A stretch of 64,000 nt of DNA from Hydrurus foetidus (taxonomy: Eukaryota), in assembly GCA_900617105.1 (NCBI GenBank), contig UYFQ01000001.1:1612001-1676000 (forward strand), in the 5' to 3' direction. Below are positions 21,214-30,819 of the stretch, piece by piece. A model generated the notes under the pieces. It saw only the letters and a list, made by a program, of their open reading frames with translations, ran no database searches and was not told the origin of the DNA. The position numbers were made by a program, and so were the translations under genes. Within the stretch, counting starts at the first letter, position 1, and every line of letters begins with the position of its first letter.

Positions 21214-22184
21214 CGTGCTGCTGTAGAGGCTGGCAGCTGCCCATTGACCACTTGATGGATCATTTCAGGCAGCATTTGGCTGACAGCAGGGTTTTGTTTA
21301 AAGGCCAACTTCAGCCCCGCGTCAATACGCTCCCACATCCAGCTAAGCGACTGCTGCTGCCTGCGCGCAGCAAGCTTGCCATTGGCCGTTTGCCGCGTCT
21401 TGAAGTCTTGAACTTCAGCCCAGAAAGCTTCAACGCCCTCGCCCTTCAAAGCGCTGAGCTGAATCGCTTTCGGATGCCAGTTGCTTTCCACGTATCCGCT
21501 GAACATACCCAGCAACTGCATGGCAGAGGTGATCTGCAGTTGCGCGCGCTGAGCGGCTATCGCGTCAATGTCCGCCTTGTTGATAACCACCAAGTCGGCC
21601 AGCTCCATCACACCTTTTTTAATCGCCTGCAAGTCGTCGCCCGCGTTGGGCAACTGCATCAGCACGAACATGTCGGTCATGCCCGCCACAGCCGTTTCGC
21701 TTTGGCCAACGCCAACGGTTTCAACCATCACTACGTCATAGCCAGCCGCCTCACACACCAGCATGGCCTCGCGAGTTTTTTCAGCCACACCACCCAGTGT
21801 GCCGCTTGATGGGCTAGGGCGGATGTACGCGTTCTCGTTCACCGACAGCAAATCCATTCGGGTTTTGTCACCTAATATCGAGCCGCCAGAAACGGTAGAC
21901 GACGGGTCAATCGTCAGCACCGCGACTCGGTGGCCTTGTCTTATGAGGTACAAGCCCAGCACTTCGATGAAGGTGGATTTACCCACGCCCGGCACGCCGC
22001 TGATGCCTAAGCGAAAGGACTTGCCTGTGTGTGGCAGCAATGCGGTAAGCAGTTCGTCGGCCTGCGCGCGGTGATCGGCGCGAGTTGATTCGAGAAGGGT
22101 GATGGCTTTGGCGATGGCTCGGCGTTGGGCTTGCTGCGCGCTTGTACTGACGACATCCCCGATCGATACGCCAATCACACCCAA
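21165..22184 (-). CDS. meaB: Methylmalonyl-CoA mutase-associated GTPase
   Basis: [32 protein letters not shown]. Confidence 0.95.
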   Translation of the reverse strand: MGVIGVSIGDVVSTSAQQAQRRAIAKAITLLESTRADHRAQADELLTALLPHTGKSFRLGISGVPGVGKSTFIEVLGLYLIRQGHRVAVLTIDPSSTVSGGSILGDKTRMDLLSVNENAYIRPSPSSGTLGGVAEKTREAMLVCEAAGYDVVMVETVGVGQSETAVAGMTDMFVLMQLPNAGDDLQAIKKGVMELADLVVINKADIDAIAAQRAQLQITSAMQLLGMFSGYVESNWHPKAIQLSALKGEGVEAFWAEVQDFKTRQTANGKLAARRQQQSLSWMWERIDAGLKLAFKQNPAVSQMLPEMIHQVVNGQLPASTAARNLLVAQSNRAQAATE

Positions 22185-22582
22185 TTCTCCAGCTTCAATC
22201 CCTCAATGCGTTCAAACTCGCGCGTGTTGTTTGTGACAAGTACGGCATTCATGGCTAGAGCCTGACAGCCAATCAACAAGTCAAGCTCACCGATTTTTGT
22301 ACCTGCTTTTTTCAGTTTGGCCTTGTGAAATCCAAACTGCCACAACGCAGTTTCATCCCATGCAACGACGTTCATTTTTGCAAGAAACATCTCGAGGTTT
22401 CGCCGATTCGATTCAATGCGCGTGCTGTTTTCAACTCCGTAGGCCAATTCACCAGCAACGATGGATGAAATGGCTAATTCACTGGGCTCGTGCACGCGGA
22501 ACTTTGCAGTTACAGCGGGATATTTACGCGACATGAAGTAGGCGCAGATATTGGTGTCGAGAAAGTACATCTGCGAACTCAA
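22175..22582 (-). CDS. vapC: VapC PIN-domain toxin
   Basis: [24 protein letters not shown]. Confidence 0.92.
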   Translation of the reverse strand: MSSQMYFLDTNICAYFMSRKYPAVTAKFRVHEPSELAISSIVAGELAYGVENSTRIESNRRNLEMFLAKMNVVAWDETALWQFGFHKAKLKKAGTKIGELDLLIGCQALAMNAVLVTNNTREFERIEGLKLENWV

Positions 22583-22839
22583 TCAAAGCTCACAGCATCG
22601 CTCAGACGAGTCCGATCACGCTCAATTTCTTCGGGCATCCCCTCAAAGCCTGCAAGGATCTGCTCCATTTCGTCCCACCACTCGTCCTTGGTTTGCACCT
22701 TAGGGCGCAGAATCACAGCGTCGCCCTGCCGTTCAATCGTGACCTCACTGGTAGCAAAACGAAACGCCTTGGGCAAGCGCACCGCCTGGCTGCGCCCAGT
22801 GGTGAAAACTTTGGCGGTGCTTAAAACGGCTGTTGTCAT
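22579..22839 (-). CDS. vapB: VapB (AbrB-type) antitoxin
   Basis: AKVFTTGRSQAVRLPKAFRF; palindrome TATGTA-N7-TACATA at 22860-22878. Confidence 0.92.
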   Translation of the reverse strand: MTTAVLSTAKVFTTGRSQAVRLPKAFRFATSEVTIERQGDAVILRPKVQTKDEWWDEMEQILAGFEGMPEEIERDRTRLSDAVSFD

Positions 22840-22885
22840 GATCATCTCCAAACATTTGGTATGTACTAATGATACATATCAAAGT

Positions 22886-25135
22886 CTATTTTGGCAATAC
22901 AGCTATCGCCTTGCGAATCTGCTCCAGCACATCCTTGGCACTGGCCACAATCGGCGTTCCTGGCCCGTAAATGCCCTTCACACCCGCCTCGTACAGCATC
23001 TCGTAATCAGGCCGGGGAATCACGCCGCCGACGAAGACGATGATGTCGTCCGCGCCTTGCTTCTTTAACTCAGCAATGATGCCGGGCACCAACGTCTTGT
23101 GGCCTGCTGCCAGCGTACTCACGCCTACCGCATGCACGTCGTTTTCAATCGCCTGGCGGGCGCATTCTTCAGGGGTTTGAAACAGCGGGCCCATGTCGAC
23201 GTCAAAACCCAGATCGGCGAACGCAGTCGCTACAACCTTTGCGCCCCGATCATGGCCGTCCTGGCCGAGTTTTGAAATCATCACGCGTGGGCGGCGGCCT
23301 TCTGTTTCAGCGAATTCTGCAATCTCTTTTTTGAGCTGTTCCCAACCCTCGGCAGAGTCATAGGCGGCTGCGTACACACCGGTCACCTTCTGTGTGTCCG
23401 CGCGGTGGCGGCCATACACAGACTCCAATGCGTCGCTGATTTCACCGACCGTTGCTCTGGCGCGTACGGCTTGAATCGACAAGTCAAGCAAATTCCCAGT
23501 GTTGTCTTCAGCTGCGGTTTTAATAGCTGCTAGCGCCCGTATTACCTGGGCTGTGTCTCGTTTTGACTTGATTTCTAAAAGTCTGGCGATTTGCGAGTCT
23601 CGCACCGCCACGTTGTCAATGTCGCGCGTTTCAATCGGGTCTTCTGTTTTCAGTTTGTACTTGTTCACGCCCACAATCACGTCTTTGCCGCTGTCAATGC
23701 GGGCCTGCTTTTGCGCAGCGGCGGCTTCAATTTTCAGCTTGGCCCATCCGCTGTCTACAGCTTTCGTCATGCCGCCCATGGCTTCGACTTCTTCAATGAT
23801 GGCCCAGGCTGCATCGGCCATGTCCTGGGTCAGCTTTTCCATCATGTAGCTGCCGGCCCACGGGTCGACCACAGCGCCGATGTGGGTTTCTTCTTGAAGG
23901 ATGAGCTGCGTGTTGCGCGCAATGCGGGAGCTGAATTCCGTCGGCAGCGCAATGGCTTCATCGAATGAATTGGTGTGCAGCGATTGCGTGCCACCGAACA
24001 CCGCCGCCATGCCCTCGATCGTGGTGCGCACAATGTTGTTGTACGGGTCTTGCTCGGTCAGGCTCCAGCCGCTGGTCTGGCAATGGGTGCGCAGCATGAG
24101 CGACTTGGGTGACTTGGCGTCAAAGCCTTTCATGATGCGGCACCACAGCAGCCGCGCGGCGCGCATTTTGGCAATTTCCAAATAGAAGTTCATGCCAATC
24201 GCCCAGAAAAAACTGAGGCGGCCCGCAAAGCCGTCAACGTCCAGGCCCTTGCCAATCGCCGTCTTCACATACTCTTTGCCGTCGGCCAGAGTGAAGGCCA
24301 GCTCAAGCGCCTGGTTAGCCCCGGCCTCTTGCATGTGGTAGCCGCTGATAGAAATCGAATTGAATTTCGGCATGTGTTTGGCCGTGTATTCAATGATGTC
24401 GCCAATGATGCGAATGCTGGGCGCGGGCGGGTAAATGTAGGTGTTGCGCACCATGAATTCTTTGAGGATGTCGTTTTGAATCGTGCCGCTCAGATCCGCT
24501 TGCGCCACGCCCTGCTCTTCAGCCGCCACCACATAGCCAGCCAGCACCGGCAGCACCGCGCCGTTCATGGTCATACTCACACTGACTTTGTTGAGCGGTA
24601 TTTGGTTGAACAAAATCTTCATGTCCTCTACCGAATCAATTGCCACGCCGGCCTTGCCCACGTCGCCCATCACACGCGGGTGATCACTGTCGTAGCCGCG
24701 GTGGGTGGCCAAATCGAACGCAACGCTCACACCCTGCCCGCCTGCGGCTAACGCCTTGCGGTAAAAAGCGTTGGATTCTTCAGCGGTTGAAAACCCGGCG
24801 TACTGCCGAATCGTCCACGGCCGCACCGCATACATGGTGGCCTGCGGGCCGCGAATGAAGGGCTCAAAACCTGGCAGCGTGTTGGTGTACGGCAAATCTT
24901 TCACGTCATCTGCCGTGTAAAGCGGCTTGACGGTGATGCCGTCTGGTGTGTGCCAATTGAGCGCGTCTACATTGCCGCCGGGGGCGGATTTGGCTGCGGC
25001 TTTTTGCCAGTCTTGTAGCGTAGATGGCTCGAATTGCACTGCAGGCTGCGCTGGAGTTTGCTTTGATGTTTGCTCTTGCGCTTGATCTGCTAGAACGTTA
25101 GCCGGTGGGTTCGCACTGTTTTTAATCATTTTCAC
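22886..25135 (-). CDS. scpA: Methylmalonyl-CoA mutase
   Basis: [18 protein letters not shown]12-binding GQDGHDRG. Confidence 0.97.
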   Translation of the reverse strand: MKMIKNSANPPANVLADQAQEQTSKQTPAQPAVQFEPSTLQDWQKAAAKSAPGGNVDALNWHTPDGITVKPLYTADDVKDLPYTNTLPGFEPFIRGPQATMYAVRPWTIRQYAGFSTAEESNAFYRKALAAGGQGVSVAFDLATHRGYDSDHPRVMGDVGKAGVAIDSVEDMKILFNQIPLNKVSVSMTMNGAVLPVLAGYVVAAEEQGVAQADLSGTIQNDILKEFMVRNTYIYPPAPSIRIIGDIIEYTAKHMPKFNSISISGYHMQEAGANQALELAFTLADGKEYVKTAIGKGLDVDGFAGRLSFFWAIGMNFYLEIAKMRAARLLWCRIMKGFDAKSPKSLMLRTHCQTSGWSLTEQDPYNNIVRTTIEGMAAVFGGTQSLHTNSFDEAIALPTEFSSRIARNTQLILQEETHIGAVVDPWAGSYMMEKLTQDMADAAWAIIEEVEAMGGMTKAVDSGWAKLKIEAAAAQKQARIDSGKDVIVGVNKYKLKTEDPIETRDIDNVAVRDSQIARLLEIKSKRDTAQVIRALAAIKTAAEDNTGNLLDLSIQAVRARATVGEISDALESVYGRHRADTQKVTGVYAAAYDSAEGWEQLKKEIAEFAETEGRRPRVMISKLGQDGHDRGAKVVATAFADLGFDVDMGPLFQTPEECARQAIENDVHAVGVSTLAAGHKTLVPGIIAELKKQGADDIIVFVGGVIPRPDYEMLYEAGVKGIYGPGTPIVASAKDVLEQIRKAIAVLPK
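23511..23564 (+). repeat. Family-1 element inside the mutase gene
   Basis: TAATAGCTGCTAGCGCCCGTATTACCTGGGCT; encodes [18 protein letters not shown]. Confidence 0.8.
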
Positions 25136-25146
25136 AGTTTACTCCG

Positions 25147-25166
25147 TAATTATAAATTCAGAATTA
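25147..25166. promoter_or_regulatory. Candidate GntR operator
   Basis: Imperfect palindrome TAATTATAAATTCAGAATTA between the divergent starts. Confidence 0.45.
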
Positions 25167-25190
25167 GGTTTCATGTAAACTTAGGCACTG

Positions 25191-25877
25191 ATGAATGCAC
25201 CTATCCTGCCTCAAAACCTCAAGCAACGCGCGCTGTATGAAGAAGTGGCCGAGCTGCTCCGCCAGCGAATTTTTACAGGATCAGGCGACCAATCAGGCGA
25301 CTCAGGCTCAAGCCTGCAACCCGGCGCGTGGATAGACGAGCTAAAGCTGGCCACTGAATACGGCATCAGCCGCACGCCCCTGCGAGAAGCACTAAAAGTG
25401 CTGGCCACCGAAGGCCTGGTGACGATGAAACTACGGCGCGGCGCGTATGTGACGGAAGTCAACGCCAAGGACCTGCGCGACGTGTTTCATTTGATGGCCG
25501 TGCTGGAAGCCGACGCGGCGGGGAGCGTCGCCACCCACGCAACCGACGCACAACTGCAAGAGCTGGAGGCCCTGCACCAGCAACTGGAAAAAGCGGCCAA
25601 AGCCAGCAAAGACCACATCAAATTTTTCACCATCAATGAGGCGTTTCACGTCAAACTGCTTGAAATCGCCAACAACAAGTGGCGTGACCAAATGGTGGCC
25701 GACCTGCGCAAAGTGATGAAGCTGAACCGTGCGCAGTCGCTGCTAAAGGCCGGGCGAATTGAAGAGTCACTGGCGGAACATGCGGCCATCATGGTGGCGT
25801 TGAAAAAGCGAGATGCCGTTGCTGCCCAAGCTGCGATGCGGGCGCATATTGAGAGCGGGCTTGAGGCGGCGGCGTAG
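25191..25877 (+). CDS. GntR/FadR family regulator
   Basis: ISRTPLREAL HTH and FCD domain. Confidence 0.92.
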   Translation: MNAPILPQNLKQRALYEEVAELLRQRIFTGSGDQSGDSGSSLQPGAWIDELKLATEYGISRTPLREALKVLATEGLVTMKLRRGAYVTEVNAKDLRDVFHLMAVLEADAAGSVATHATDAQLQELEALHQQLEKAAKASKDHIKFFTINEAFHVKLLEIANNKWRDQMVADLRKVMKLNRAQSLLKAGRIEESLAEHAAIMVALKKRDAVAAQAAMRAHIESGLEAAA

Positions 25878-25942
25878 TCAGGAACTGTTGGTTAATTTCG
25901 GCGAACATCAACTTAAATTCGAAAAAACACGGTAGCTTTAGC

Positions 25943-26347
25943 ATGACTCTACAACACCACCTTATCCCCGGCGCCCCAGACCCAGTTGCCCCTTTCAGCC
26001 ACGCGGTTGAAGCTGACGGCTGGGTTTATTTGACCGGCCAGATGCCGTTTAGCGGCACGTCGATTAATGAGGAGTATCCCCAAGGCATTGCAGCGCAAAC
26101 GCATCAAGTCATGCACAACCTGCAAACGGTTCTAAGCGGTGTGGGCGTTGGCCTAGCGCAGGTGCTTCAGGTACGGGTTTACTTGCTGCACTTCGAGCGC
26201 GACTATGACGCGATGAACATGGTGTACGCCACTTACTTTGCGGCCGGTCAACGGCCTGCCCGCACTTGTGTGGGCGTTAGCGGCTTGGCTAAAGGGGCGT
26301 TGATTGAAATTGACATGGTGGCACGCCGTCCCACCCCGGCTTCATAA
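25943..26347 (+). CDS. RidA family protein
   Basis: PFSHAV, LTGQ, PARTCVGV, IEID. Confidence 0.88.
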   Translation: MTLQHHLIPGAPDPVAPFSHAVEADGWVYLTGQMPFSGTSINEEYPQGIAAQTHQVMHNLQTVLSGVGVGLAQVLQVRVYLLHFERDYDAMNMVYATYFAAGQRPARTCVGVSGLAKGALIEIDMVARRPTPAS

Positions 26348-26358
26348 CGGTACCCGAC

Positions 26359-27210
26359 TCACTTTTTCTCAGGCACCACAAAACTCAGGTTTCCCCACAA
26401 GCTGTCCCAGTCCACATCCTTCACGCCAGTCACGCGCACCATGTGCACCACGCTCACCATCCACGCGCCGGGGTATGGCAAGTTGACGGTAGTGATGCCT
26501 TGGGCGTTGGTGGTGGCGCGGATGATAGTGGTTTGGCTGGCCTCGCCGCCTGATTTATGCCACGCTTTTAGCAGCGCACCTTGCAGTGGTCTGCCTTCAA
26601 ACAGTACTTGAACACTCAACGCCTCGCCGGGCGCCATGGCCAGCGGGTTGTTGGCGGGGACGAGCTCCAGGCGCTGGCCCAGCGTTTTTGAATGAACGGC
26701 GGCGGCGTTCACTCCGGCTTGTTCGGCTTGCGCACCCTGCACTGTCAACAGCATTTTAACGTAGCGGCGGTAACGCTCGCGGCCGGGCTGCTTGGCTTGG
26801 CCTGCTGCCTCGCGCTGGGTTTTGATAAAGTCCAGCCCCTCGTCATGCAGGTAGGCGTGAAAACTGTCTGCTGACAAACTGATGGTGTTGGGCTGGCTTT
26901 CAAAACCCACCAAGTAGTTGCCGGGTGCGGACAGCACGATCGGTAAATCAGCCACTGCCGTAGCGGGCACTTGGGCGCTGATGTCTTGCACACCCGCTGT
27001 CGACACCAGCCGCAGGCCCGCGGTTTGCGCCTTTGACCAGCCGACCAATTCGCCGGTGAATTGCTCCCCCACCCGCAGGCTAAGACGTGCGCTGCTACCT
27101 GCCATCAACGGTGTGGTGACAGGTGCTATCCAAAATTCATGGGCGTGCAGGGGGGCTTGGCAAATCACCGCTAAAAGCAATGCGACTAGAGCGTTGATGG
27201 GGCTTTTCAT
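26359..27210 (-). CDS. DUF4198 periplasmic protein
   Basis: Signal peptide followed by HEFW, LELVP, DWDSLW. Confidence 0.8.
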   Translation of the reverse strand: MKSPINALVALLLAVICQAPLHAHEFWIAPVTTPLMAGSSARLSLRVGEQFTGELVGWSKAQTAGLRLVSTAGVQDISAQVPATAVADLPIVLSAPGNYLVGFESQPNTISLSADSFHAYLHDEGLDFIKTQREAAGQAKQPGRERYRRYVKMLLTVQGAQAEQAGVNAAAVHSKTLGQRLELVPANNPLAMAPGEALSVQVLFEGRPLQGALLKAWHKSGGEASQTTIIRATTNAQGITTVNLPYPGAWMVSVVHMVRVTGVKDVDWDSLWGNLSFVVPEKK

Positions 27211-27276
27211 TATTCTGTAATACGGGGTAGTCGGCAGCGTGGATTCAACCTACAAACTACACGGTACAGTCTATCG

Positions 27277-28578
27277 ATGTCCCAAAACTTATCCACGCCC
27301 ATCGTCATTCACACGCCTTTGGCCTACAGCAGCGCCATCATCGAACCAGCCATCACAGGCGGCCCGGCACGCGGCTTATGCACCGACTGCGGCTTGTCGC
27401 GCAGCAGCGACCCGAAGCGTTGCGGGCAGGCTTGCCAATTCATCAAACCTGACTACCCCCGGCTTGAAGCTGCGGTGCATGGTCGTGCCCGCGATGTGGC
27501 CAAACCAGACGAATTATTTTTTGGCCCGCACAACCGTATGCTGCGCGCCCGCATGGCCGATCCCGCACCGGGTGCTCAGTGGACAGGCATCACCACTGGG
27601 CTGGCAGCACGGCTGCTAGAGACTGGCGCGGTCGATGCGGTGTTGACCATGGCGCCAGATGCCAACGACAAGTGGCGGCCCAAGCCAGTGATCGTGACCC
27701 GCGCTGAAGGCATGGCCGAATGCCGGGGCATGCGCATGGGTTACGCACCGCTGCTGGCGCTGGTAGAACCTGCCTTGGCCATGGGCTACAAGCGCCTGGC
27801 CGTGATTGGCATACCCTGCCAGGTGTATGCGCTGCGGGCGATTGAAGAAGAACTTAAACGTGACCTCGGCCTGGAACAGCTGTACGTGATTGGCACGCCG
27901 TGTTCAGACAACACCACCACCGAGCGCTTTCATGAATTTTTAGCCCTGCTGGGTGAAGACCAAGGCGAAGACCCAGACGACGTCACGTACCTTGAATTTA
28001 GAGCCGACTACCACGTAGAGCTGCGCTACAAGGATGGACGCGTTAAGGCGATTCCGTTTTTGCAACTGCCGCTGTCTAAACTACCGAACGATTTTTTTCC
28101 GCTGACCTGCCGCACGTGTGTTGACTACACCAATGTGCTGAGCGATATCACTGTAGGCTACATGGGCGGCGAAGGCCAGCAGTGGCTGCTGGTGCGCAAC
28201 CAGCGCGGGGAAGAGTTGCTCAAACTGTTGGGCAACGATGTCATCACGTCCGAGCCAGGCAGCGCGGGCAAACGTGCGGGTGCAGTGAAAGGTTTTATCA
28301 AGAACGTTGAGCGTGCTGCGGGCGGCCTGCCCTTGCGAAAAATGCCCAATTGGCTGCGCCCCATCGTCGGCTGGTTGATGCCAAAAGTTGGGCCGCGCGG
28401 TCTGGAATTTGCCCGCGCGCGTATCGACATGAAGGCGGCTGAGACCATTATTCACCTGCGGCGCGAGATGCCGGCCAAGTTGAAAAACATGGTGCCGCCG
28501 CATGTGTGGCATCTGGTGGAGCCTTACGGTATGGGGCCGACTGAGGCTGAAAAGTCGACTCCAGCAGATAAAAAGTAA
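27277..28578 (+). CDS. bciB: FrhB-family Fe-S flavoprotein, probable 8-vinyl (bacterio)chlorophyllide reductase
   Basis: LCTDCG..CGQACQF, GAQWTG, GIPCQV, GTPCSDN, CRTCVDYTN, VGYMG. Confidence 0.7.
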   Translation: MSQNLSTPIVIHTPLAYSSAIIEPAITGGPARGLCTDCGLSRSSDPKRCGQACQFIKPDYPRLEAAVHGRARDVAKPDELFFGPHNRMLRARMADPAPGAQWTGITTGLAARLLETGAVDAVLTMAPDANDKWRPKPVIVTRAEGMAECRGMRMGYAPLLALVEPALAMGYKRLAVIGIPCQVYALRAIEEELKRDLGLEQLYVIGTPCSDNTTTERFHEFLALLGEDQGEDPDDVTYLEFRADYHVELRYKDGRVKAIPFLQLPLSKLPNDFFPLTCRTCVDYTNVLSDITVGYMGGEGQQWLLVRNQRGEELLKLLGNDVITSEPGSAGKRAGAVKGFIKNVERAAGGLPLRKMPNWLRPIVGWLMPKVGPRGLEFARARIDMKAAETIIHLRREMPAKLKNMVPPHVWHLVEPYGMGPTEAEKSTPADKK

Positions 28579-28588
28579 GCCTGACGTC

Positions 28589-28642
28589 GCTATTTATTCA
28601 GGAGCTGCTCGCGCCCGTATTTGTTGGGCTGTAGACTGTTTT
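28589..28642 (+). repeat. Family-1 element
   Basis: GCTATTTATTCAGGAGCTGCTCGCGCCCGTATTTGTTGGGCT. Confidence 0.88.
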
Positions 28643-28674
28643 ATTTCCGAAATGGCAGCTGCTTAGTTCCCTCT

Positions 28675-28777
28675 TGCCCCTTCCCCTTTCGGGGGAAGGT
28701 TGGGATGGGGGCAGGCACGATGCCAGCACCGGCTCTGCACTTGCCCCCACCCCACCCTCCCCCGGAAAGGGAGGGAG
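28675..28777. repeat. Family-2 inverted doublet, intergenic
   Basis: CCTTCCCCTTTCGGGGGAAGGTTGGGATGGGGGC ... GCCCCCACCCCACCCTCCCCCGGAAAGGGAGGGAG. Confidence 0.8.
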
Positions 28778-28792
28778 TAAGTCAAAGTCGAA

Positions 28793-29728
28793 TTAAGCAT
28801 TTACCCAAAAATCATCCAATTTGGCCGTAAAACCCGCCAAATCTTCAAAGTACGGCAGCGCGCCGCCTTCGGTCAATTCAAACTGCCAGTTGGCCCGCCC
28901 GTCAACTGTGCTTCTGCCTTTGTAGTTGGTGAAGTCCCCCCGCGTGGCCATTGACACCCAGACCGGGCAGGCGAGCTTTTCATACAGTGTGTTGATGTCA
29001 GCGGCAAACAAATGCGCGGATAAAAAATAAAGTGGCGCGTACTTGGCCCCCGGCTGGCGTGTGGTCTGCAAGTCGTAGCGCCACAGAGACTCGTCGATGT
29101 TTTTGGACCCCCAGGTGCGCTGCAAAAAGTACCGAATGACACCTGGCCGGGTAAGGGTGGCGTACAAGCCGCTGCTCCAGCGCGGGTTGCTGAACAGCTT
29201 GTGCAGCCAGTTGATGCCGCGTGACGATCCCGGTGCGCCGTAAAAGCGTTTGCTGCCGCTGAACCCTGTTGGGCTGACGAGTGCCAAACGCCGTACGGCA
29301 GCGGGCTTTTCGCAAGCAGCGCGGGCCGCAAACTCGCATGACAGTGACACCGCCACTACATCGACCGCTGCGCCAGCATGGACGCTGCGGATGTGCGCCA
29401 ACACAGCCAGCACTGCGTCGGTCATCAAGCGCAAGGTGTAAGCCCGGTCAGTGCGGTCAGACAAGCCGTAGCCGGGCAAGTCAATCGCATAAGTGGGCCG
29501 CGTTTGGCGGTAATGGTCGTACAGCGGGGCCACTTCAAAAGCCGACGCAGACGCGTTGATGCTGTGCACCAGCAAAACCGGTGTGGCGTTTGCCGCAACT
29601 TCGCTGTTTGCGGGCTGGCTGTGGTACACCGCAACTGGCCCGGCAATCGTTTGCAGCAAAGTGCACTGCCCCTGCACAGGCGCTGGCAGGGCCGGGAGCG
29701 CTTCGACTGGCTGGCCTTGCATTGACAT
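28793..29728 (-). CDS. Alpha/beta fold hydrolase-like protein
   Basis: LVHSINA, DLPGYGLS, AVSLS, LVSPTG. Confidence 0.8.
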   Translation of the reverse strand: MSMQGQPVEALPALPAPVQGQCTLLQTIAGPVAVYHSQPANSEVAANATPVLLVHSINASASAFEVAPLYDHYRQTRPTYAIDLPGYGLSDRTDRAYTLRLMTDAVLAVLAHIRSVHAGAAVDVVAVSLSCEFAARAACEKPAAVRRLALVSPTGFSGSKRFYGAPGSSRGINWLHKLFSNPRWSSGLYATLTRPGVIRYFLQRTWGSKNIDESLWRYDLQTTRQPGAKYAPLYFLSAHLFAADINTLYEKLACPVWVSMATRGDFTNYKGRSTVDGRANWQFELTEGGALPYFEDLAGFTAKLDDFWVNA

Positions 29729-29730
29729 GG

Positions 29731-30804
29731 TCAGCTTATCGCCGAGTCGGCCAACTCAACGACTGGTGCGCCCTCGTGCGCCATCGCCATCACCGCATGC
29801 GGGCTCAGCGACTTCAGGCGGTGGTCGCTCCACACCTGGCGCCAGCGGCGGCTGCCTGGCAAGCCGTGGCGAAGGCCCAGCATGTGCCGGGCAATCGCAC
29901 TCCAGGGTGTACCGTTCAGCGCCAACTCGCGCGCCATGTAGTCGCACATTTGCGCTTCAACCTGCTCGCGGGTCAAGCTTGAAGGTGCAGCGCCAAAAAA
30001 TTCAGCATCCCATGACGCCAGCAACCAAGGGTTGTGGTACGCCTCGCGGCCCACCATCACGCCGTCAAGCTGCTGCAATTGCTCAGTGATTTGCGCATTG
30101 GTCGCAATCCCGCCGTTGATGGCGATGGTCAAGCGTGGAAACTCGCGCTTGAGCTGGTGCACCAGCTCGTAGCGCAGCGGCGGCACTTCACGGTTTTCTT
30201 TCGGGCTAAGTCCCTTCAGCCAAGCGGATCTGGCATGCACGATAAAGGTGTTGCAACCGGCCTCGCTAACCGTGCCCACAAAGTCGCGCACAAATTCATA
30301 ACTCTCAGTTTTATCATTGCCAATTCGGTGCTTGACCGTGACGGGCACGCTCACCACATCAGCCATCGCTCTAACGCAATCAGCGACCAATTGAGGCTCG
30401 GCCATCAGGCACGCGCCGAAGGCGCCGCGCTGCACCCGCTCGCTGGGGCAGCCGCAGTTCAAGTTAATTTCGTCGTAGCCCCACTGCTCGCCCAACTTGG
30501 CGGCTTGCGCCAAGTCAGCAGGTTCGCTGCCGCCCAACTGCAGCGCCAGCGGGTGTTCTTCAGCGTTGAAGCGAAGGTGGCGCGGCACGTCGCCGTGAAT
30601 CAACGCGCCGGTGGTCACCATTTCGGTGTAAAGCAGCGCGTGTTGGGACAGCAGACGATGAAAATAGCGGCAGTGCCGGTCGGTCCAATCCATCATGGGC
30701 GCAACCGACAGCTTGCATGCGAAACTGCCTGCGAGCTCGCTCAAAGCGCTATTATTTACATAGCTGCTCACGCCTGAATTGATTGGGCTAGACATCGTAT
30801 TCAT
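29731..30804 (-). CDS. dusA: tRNA-dihydrouridine(20/20a) synthase
   Basis: VAPMMDWTD, NLNCGCPS, LSPKENRE; start uncertain. Confidence 0.95.
   Translation of the reverse strand: MNTMSSPINSGVSSYVNNSALSELAGSFACKLSVAPMMDWTDRHCRYFHRLLSQHALLYTEMVTTGALIHGDVPRHLRFNAEEHPLALQLGGSEPADLAQAAKLGEQWGYDEINLNCGCPSERVQRGAFGACLMAEPQLVADCVRAMADVVSVPVTVKHRIGNDKTESYEFVRDFVGTVSEAGCNTFIVHARSAWLKGLSPKENREVPPLRYELVHQLKREFPRLTIAINGGIATNAQITEQLQQLDGVMVGREAYHNPWLLASWDAEFFGAAPSSLTREQVEAQMCDYMARELALNGTPWSAIARHMLGLRHGLPGSRRWRQVWSDHRLKSLSPHAVMAMAHEGAPVVELADSAIS
30748..30801 (+). repeat. Family-1 element in the 5' region of dusA
   Basis: GCTATTATTTACATAGCTGCTCACGCC...GGGCTAG. Confidence 0.8.
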
Positions 30805-30819
30805 GCTGTTTTACGGGCA

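Noticed and set aside
25136..25190. Cobalamin riboswitch before the mutase
   Set aside because: The spacer is only about 55 nt, AT-rich, and lacks a B12 box.
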